In this document: one piece after another, positions 56,703 through 64,000 of the stretch | Layout of the letters: each line of letters starts with the position of its first letter | How positions within the stretch are numbered: position 1 is the first letter of the stretch | NCBI GenBank assembly: GCA_030141605.1 | Contig: JAQGDQ010000121.1 | Span: 62,001 to 126,000 of the forward strand | DNA from: Tubiluchus corallicola | Taxonomy: Eukaryota; Animalia; Priapulida | Direction: 5' to 3' | DNA length: 64,000 nt | The notes under the pieces: generated by a model | The model's input: the letters and a program-made list of their open reading frames with translations, nothing else | Database searches by the model: none | What the model was told of the DNA's origin: nothing | Translations under genes and position numbers: made by a program

Positions 56703-59700
56703 TTAATCTGTTTTGTCTTTATCTTTGGTTTGAGTTGCTTTCTCAGAATCCTGTCTAATGTCTGATTTTATATGGCAAGTTGACGCGATCAACATCGCCG
56801 TGGCTACATACACGGGAATCCTGTACATGAAACGAATGCTATACATGGCCACAAGCAGAGAAATGATGTAAATCGAATTTCCGGCAAGTCTCACAAACCG
56901 CTTGCTGAAACAGAAAGAGAACGTCAGTGATATCATTCAGTTTAGCCAGTTTTCATTGCATCTTCATTTTTGTTGGCATTTCAGCAATACTTTATTTCTA
57001 AGTTTTCCCTGATTACCGATAAATAAAACTGTAATGAGTAAACTAAGTCTCTAGTTGTTCATCAAGAAAACAAATACAGAGGTGAAACTTCCTTACCTTC
57101 CAAACAAACCCTGCATGGGGAATATTAATGAAGTTATAATAGCAGAAAATACAGCACCATCATCCAATAATGTCCTTGAATATCTGCAACCAAAAGAAAA
57201 ACATTATCAAATTTGCTACGCGATACTCAACACTCATAAAATGCCACTTTTTGGGAAAAGCATGGTGACCGAGTGGCTATGACACTTGGCTGCCAATCTA
57301 GAAATTCTGGGTTCGGTTCAATCTCCTGTCAAACTTTTTTGAGTCACATGAGATTCAATAGACCTGTTTTACCACCTTTCTGAGCCCACTCAACTTTAAT
57401 GGCCATGTTCTGGGGGTCAGAATGGTGGATAGGTGACAGGGCTAGACAACAAGGCTTTGTAAATAGATGCATAACTTAACCACCTATCTTTGTGCTTTGT
57501 AGGGCACAAGGTCATTCCTCCTTTTCCTTGGCTGTACGGGTGAAAACCAGAATATAGTAAACTCTAGATAATTTGGTTCTGTGTAATTCAAAATAAGATT
57601 TGACTCAGACAGATTCGGCAGAACAAGTTTGTTTCTATGTATGTTAATGCTTAAAGCACTTGCAAAAAACGCTATTTTTAATTCGGTGTATCGCTGAATT
57701 TGGTGTATTTTAGGAAAACAATTTATGCGAAAAGTATTCTATAAGTTAAACTAAACTAGCAGAATCTGCCTAACCTTTCGCACAAAAGTTCCTCTATTAA
57801 CTGCTGCTGAATTAGCATGAAAATTAAATGAAAAACTTCGTTTTTGACTGAGCACTACTATAAATGACAAATACAAATACCATCAGTGATGTATCAGGCG
57901 CCACCATCTTATGCACTTACAGCCACTAGCGTTCAGTCTTTTTGATTTTTGATTACTAGACTGATAGCAAACAAAAATTGTAAAATACAGGACAACTGCA
58001 ACATGTTCCTCATCCTATAAATGTTAGTAAATTGCAGAGAGTGTGACTTTTCTAAAGATGTTTTTCACAGAGAAAACGAGATCTGCTGTTTCAGCAAATT
58101 TAATTTTCACATATACCATTGACAGAGTTAGAGCTAGAAAAGTCTAAAATGCAAACTAAATGTGCCTGTCTGATAATAATCATCAATTGTTTGGTTCAGT
58201 TTGAAAGAGTTTTTCTTAACAAACTTTATTTGATGATGAGCAGTGTGTTATTATTAGTCATTCAGGATGGCAGAGTGCTGAACTGCTGATATAAAACTGA
58301 TAAAAATGAGGCTAATAACTTGCTTGACAGCAGCAACCCAGTTACAAAAAAATCTACGGAATTTACTGTAGAGACATTTCACAAGAACCGGCAACAGGGA
58401 AAACTTAAGTGGCAGAAAAATAAAACACATGCAAATGGCAAGTCTTTGTTCTTGCTATGTTTTATAAAAGCAGAAATTAAAACAGTCTCTTTAATAAGAA
58501 AATTAAGCTTTGTAAATAGTTCTGTCTTGTCATTTATACATTTAATTATGTAGTTTAAAAGACTGAACATAGCAATGTTAATTACTAAGTCTTATTTATT
58601 TATCGGTCAGTTGTATCGGTCTCGTTCTCATCTTGAACCAAAGTCTTCAGTCACGCACAGCATCACCTTTAATTCAAGCAGTAAGTTCAAAAATCCTACT
58701 TTAGATTCTGTATCCATGTGATGGCTGAAGGCATATTGATAGCAAGCAGGTAAACCCAGAGCAGTAATAAAGTAAAGACAAAATGGAAATTGGATCTTTC
58801 TGCTCCTTTCCTGGCTCTTGCATATGCTGATATAGTCTGTTAGATTAAAAAATATGGATTATTTCCATAATCAAAACCTCGATATTAGTGCAAAATAATT
58901 ACAGAAACAGATACGACTAGTAGGTGGCTCAGTATTGCCTGCTAATGAAAATGAAACAAAGCTTACGATCTTGAACTAGGTACATTGTCAACAGAATATT
59001 TAATCAAATTACAAAATTACTGATCTTTAGGGCAACATGTAACAACTATTTGTTGTTAACTGAGTCCATAAATTTTAACCATATCTCATAATCAATCAAG
59101 TTAGAAGCTGCAATAGTTACCTCATTAGTATAACCATGCTATGGCTATAACTAACCAGCACTGGCTAAGTTACATTCTACTATCACAAGTCAAAAGATGC
59201 ATAATACTGTTAGTTCAGATTGCAGATGTTACCATAATCCAGCCCTAAAGTCTCTAATAAACTAATTTACAGAGTTCAAAGCTAGATTTTTGTTACTGTC
59301 TCAACCTGACAGGTCACATTGTGCTACTATTAGCTGGTGTTAAAAGCCATGGTATTAACATTAACTTGGCCCAAATGGCCGCAGTGCTTACTGGTACTAA
59401 ATCTAAAAGATGCATATTTAAAAGAGAACCCAATCAAAACGTACAAATATTATCATTAATTTATGTCAATGATTTTATCATTAGTAAGGTAGTAAGATCT
59501 TAGGAAACAGATTCCTCAAGGCCTTAAACCAGAAATTTTGGAGTAGATCTACTCACCTGCAAGAGACAGATAATCAAACTCCCCAGAAGTGATGCTACAC
59601 CACAAAGCTGAAAAGCAAGTGATGTCAGCACTGGCAGAATAAAAAAGCGAAATCCGGGAATTTGCCTGTAATAATATCAGTTTTCTGAAACTTGTGTTTT

Positions 59701-62174
59701 AAAATTTTCATTACTGTCAACTGAATTAGTCTGCTGTTGTATATATACTTATTAATGCCAGGAGATGGGGACCGTGCAAGTTACGCCAAACAAAAAAACG
59801 AAACCTTTTGTGATCTGATGACAATGTTGTTTAAGTTTTTGCATACGAATATTGGAAATTCATGCTTAAAATTTTTCCAGGCAAAATATTTTACATTAGA
59901 GTGTATTTAATGCAAGTAAGAACTGATGCATGCCACTAACACAATTTAAGCAAGTTCTACATTAACAACATTTCATGGTAATAAAATTCCAGGCTGCTGT
60001 AATTATGGAAATTATTTTTGGCTTAATACTTACATGTTGGCAGTGAAAAAAAGTAAAAAACCCCAAATTTTGACAAAAATCTCCAACAGTTTGCTGAGTA
60101 AGGCAATAAAGAAATGAGCGACAAGGAACAAGAATATACCAAATATTGGATTGGGAATCTGAAAAAGAACAAACAGGTTCAAACACTACTAACACTTCAT
60201 CACCATACTAATCTTTAAACTTTGCTGTAGTCACATTTTCATCAAACTTTCTAAGACCAGTCAGAAGTCCCTGCCATTGCTCTATGAAACTACACAAATT
60301 ATACAAAAGCAGTGTGCTGTATCAATTTAAAGAGAATGGCTACAGAGAAGCGTAAGGACACTGTAGTTTAGCAGATATGGTGTTGGATTTGAAAACCTAG
60401 TTGAAACTCAGGCCCAGTCCTGACTCTTTTCACACTGCCTGCATTTACGCCAGGTTTGATTTCAAAAATTCTATGACTGTGGGTGTATTCCCTCGCTACT
60501 AATGCTTTTTGCCAAACAGTGCAAGTCTAGCCAAGTTCAGTTGAGATTTAACATAATTCGTACAACTTTTTGGTTAGGGATTTAAATTCCATGCCAATAT
60601 AATAGCACCAAATTCTAAATTAAAAGTTGACATTACCTGATTAAAAGCACTTACAATAACATCTTTAGGCCCATTACAAAAGATTAAATAAAACTGGGAA
60701 AGATGCTGACAAAAGTAGGACCTAACAAAACTGCAAAATAAAAATATCTAGCATTTATACTTTCATTTTAAGATATGGTATATAAAGTACTTTCAGATAT
60801 ACTTTCATTTTAAAGTAGTGGTATATAATCCGATATAAAGCAACACTCTGAAACACAGACGTAGTAAGCCGAGTATATAAAATATGAAAAATGAATAACT
60901 GGCTAATAAAAAGAAGCAAGATTGGTAATTAAACGTGTTGAATTAAATATTCTTACGCTGCTTTGGGTGACATATTTCTCCGGATAAGTTATGCGCAGTT
61001 TGTCCAACAGTTCTGGTCCCAAGCCTCTCCTAAAATTAAGAATTCAAAATTTCACTATTTTGATAATTAAAAAGGTAAGAAATGCGATCTGGTCTAGGTT
61101 TGAGAACCTTATTCATTTTATCTACTTCTCCTTCTCAACTTTTCTGTATTTTTTAGATTTTCTTTGCATTGACATTTTATGTGCTTCTTTAGTGGCACGT
61201 GTACTAAAAGTTTAGAATATCAAACTTAATACTTTTAAAACAAATTATACGTGTAACTACACAAATTATTTCTCAGGGGTGCTACTGCTATGTACTATTA
61301 AGACCAGCAAAAAACAAAAGTACGCAGATCAAAGTAAATTGTCAGTTTTAATATTTAATAACTGGTACTAGTCTAGATATGACTGTTTGTCTGAAGAATC
61401 TCCATTTATTCTTTTTTTGTTTAACCAAATTCTTTGACCAATTTGTCCAATTCGTTTAACCAAAAAAAGGTTAATTTGTGTATCTTAACTTTTCGACACG
61501 TGTGAAAGCTAAAAACGAAAGCCCAGCAACCAAATGTGAAGTTTGAGATATAAGACAGTGACTGTCACCTATTTGTGCAAAACAAATTGTGGAAAAGAAA
61601 CGTACCACAAACTAAAACTAAGAAGATTAGCAACAATTAGAACTCGGAATGGCTGCCCATAAGCAACTAGAGCAGCTTGAAAACTTGGACAAGAACCTAG
61701 AAAAATAAATATTATAATTTACACTGTACTACATGTGCATTGTGTTGCATTGTGCATCTACATGTACAAGTCCACACCTTTTTCTTTCTGCTTAGCTTTC
61801 AGGAAAAACTATCTTATTGTAGGAAGCTTAAATTTTGTAAATACTGAACAAAAATGAGCACTGCAGTGAAATTTTTTATTTAAGCAAAAGAATATAAAAC
61901 CACTTCAGCTTGGCGTTTACTAAAAGTAAAATACACCAAACGACATTAGCATTAACAGATGCTTTTGGCGCACCGACTTGAGCTCTACATGTACATATAT
62001 CATATTTATTAACATCGCTATAAAGTGTATTAACTACTAAACTAAATTTATAAATTTAGTAACGAAGTTTGCTGTCATACCATCTTCGGCAATTGTCTTC
62101 AGCTGGTAGGTAAGCGCTAAAAGAATATTCATAAGCACATAGACGTGCAGCGTCAGTCCATAATGTCGAACTAC
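56703..62174 (-). CDS. PGAP1: GPI inositol-deacylase, C-terminal multi-pass membrane region; 5' exons upstream or beyond the window
   Basis: Exons 62081-62174, 61490-61568 (less sure), 60957-61029, 60034-60158, 59557-59665, 58720-58836, 57097-57183 and 56703-56904 are phase-consistent. VVRHYGLTLHVYVLMNILLALTYQL, CGVASLL, NMPSAITWIQNLKY and MYRIP resemble recalled PGAP1 motifs (VVRFHG..NILLAY..QL; SMPSLIYWLKNLRY; LYRLP). Confidence 0.85.
57258..57530 (+). mobile_element. tRNA-derived SINE
   Basis: A-box tggtgaccgagtgg, B-box-like gggttcggttcaatc, degenerate tRNA head, and an unrelated body. Confidence 0.65.
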
Positions 62175-62376
62175 CTAAAACATAAACAGGTTATATTAAT
62201 TAAAAAGAAACGCATAAGCATCAATACAGCAATAGGCAGCAGAGGAAAGCTTGTAGGGACTACAAGACAGGATAGAAATGTATGCAAAAAATGTACAACA
62301 GCCCAAAAAGCTGCAGGATATAACAACTGCAGGATGTAAAGTAACATTGCAGTTGACTAAGCTGCATCATTGAATC

Positions 62377-62546
62377 TAGGTAAAAAATCACAGGTAAAAA
62401 AGTCACAGGAAAAAAGGCACAGGAAAGAAACAAATATTCCTAACCCTAATCCTAACCCTAGTCAAAATTAATTGTGACTTTTTTCCTAGCCAAAATTGTG
62501 ACTTTTTCCTTCGACTTTTTTCCTGTGGCTTTATTACTGGTCATCG
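62377..62546. mobile_element. Short palindromic MITE with 14-15-bp repeats and central (CCTAAC)-like repeats
   Basis: aaaaagtcacagg-type repeats, then cctaaccctaatcctaacccta, then tgtgacttttttcct-type repeats. A related half copy lies at 37030-37140. Confidence 0.75.
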
Positions 62547-64000
62547 TATGATTGTGGGTTAAATAAAAAACAAGTATTGTAGAATAAACATTGACTTACT
62601 AGTTCATGAAAGAATAAATTTTAGATGCACAGAATTTATAACATTTAGCAGAGCTGCCATTAAAACAGATGTAATGAATATTTTCACTTCATAAGTATTT
62701 TCAAGATTTTCGCTCACTTTGTGATTGATAATATCACTTATATTTTATATTACCATTAATATTTTACCAGTTATAAGAATTAATGTGAGGCCAAAGTAAC
62801 TCAATATGAGGAATATGAAGTTTAATTATTCTACGGTAAGAAGAATTACGTAAAGATTCGCTACAGTAAAAAGAAACTCACAATGAACTATTAAAATGGA
62901 AAAACTAATGAAATTAATACTTTAAGAAGCACTTTCTAAAGGCTCCTTAGATAAAGCAGCAAGCGTATATGAGCACTAGTAAAGATTAACTCTGGTAAAA
63001 AATTAAGCAAGCATTCTTAGAAAATTAACAATAGAATTAAGTATAAAGCAAAAAACTTAAATGAGTGTTTGCAAACCAAAACCATCTATAAGACGGCATA
63101 GATAAAACTACGTTACCATGTTTCAAAGTAGAATGCACCAAAATTTTGGTGTAATGTCAATTTTTTTGTTTTTTATAAAATATATTGGACTTTTATATTC
63201 TAGCATCAAATTATCAATAAAATGTACAAAAAATACTAAAAATTTAATTTTATAACCCAGAGCCCATTTCTCTGTCTAGAAACTAGTACTGGAATTGCAA
63301 AAAACTTGTATTTTGAAACTCAGATAGTAGCTCGTGGAAGCAGTCATTTCGCTTTGGATCTTTTCTGTTGACAAGCCCAAATCTTCGCCAGGAAGAGTCA
63401 TCTACTGGATTTAAACAAAACTTCAATGTGCTCTTGCAAAGTAACCACACATTCGTACGGATGGTAAGTGTTTTATGGAGATGCGACAAAAAAGAATGGC
63501 TGACTTTAACAGCAATTTTCTCAAGATCACGTTTTTCAGTGCGCAGCATGCACCTCAACTTCTATGTGAATTATCTCAGCTTAGAAATAACGTAGAGCGA
63601 TGAGCTTGATATCAAAATGATCATCATGAAATGGAGATTCAGGGTGTGTGAATAACTAGAGAAAACTTAATTGCTGACTTATGGAGGATTTTGCTATGCA
63701 AGCACACAAATAGTTAAATTGATATAATGTGGTATTGATGGAATAAAACCACAATTAATTTAAATTTTTAAAACAAAACTAACTTAAACTGTCTTTCAAG
63801 TAAGTTTGGTTTCGAAAACTTCAACTGTGGGTTCGTCCATTATTAATAATAATCTTGAAATAAAAATTATAAATAATTTTTTAACCATACATGAAACATT
63901 TCAGAATCAAAATTAGAATAAAATAAAATAATTTTAATTCATTAGTGTTACTTCAACATGAGTGAACTAATCTAGGAAATTCTTAATTGGCCGGTCAGGT

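Noticed and set aside
57258-57335. tRNA gene
   Set aside because: Cloverleaf stems are broken and it continues into a SINE-like body.
60637-60721. Open, splice-site-flanked candidate PGAP1 exon
   Set aside because: Its phase is incompatible with the upstream exon, and the neighbouring exons join in frame without it.

Overview
AT-rich, intron-containing invertebrate metazoan genomic DNA, not prokaryotic. The ORF track is mostly noise or partial exons. By hand-splicing at GT-AG boundaries I reconstructed seven protein-coding genes: the 3' part of a G-protein beta subunit (+), DRG2 (-), PDRG1 (+), an adenosine-receptor-like GPCR (-), DNAJA3/Tid1 (-), NUDT1/MTH1 (+) and the 3' part of PGAP1 (-). 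Introns and intergenic DNA carry many transposon relics: a decayed Tc1/mariner-IS630-like element with TIRs, a Mutator-type MITE with a 9-bp TSD nested in an RTE LINE tail, CR1/L2-like LINE ends, fold-back MITEs, hAT-like MITEs, a tRNA-derived SINE and a Penelope-like tail with a degenerate hammerhead. Best second-look items are a U12-type minor intron in DRG2, splice acceptors directly in front of several start codons (possible SL trans-splicing), a duplicated and silenced 3' splice site in G-beta, a G-beta 3'UTR intron, a perfect intronic hairpin, and a putative bidirectional promoter squeezed between two transposons. I found no convincing evidence of a wholly new multi-gene system. Gene identities rest on recalled family motifs, not database searches.
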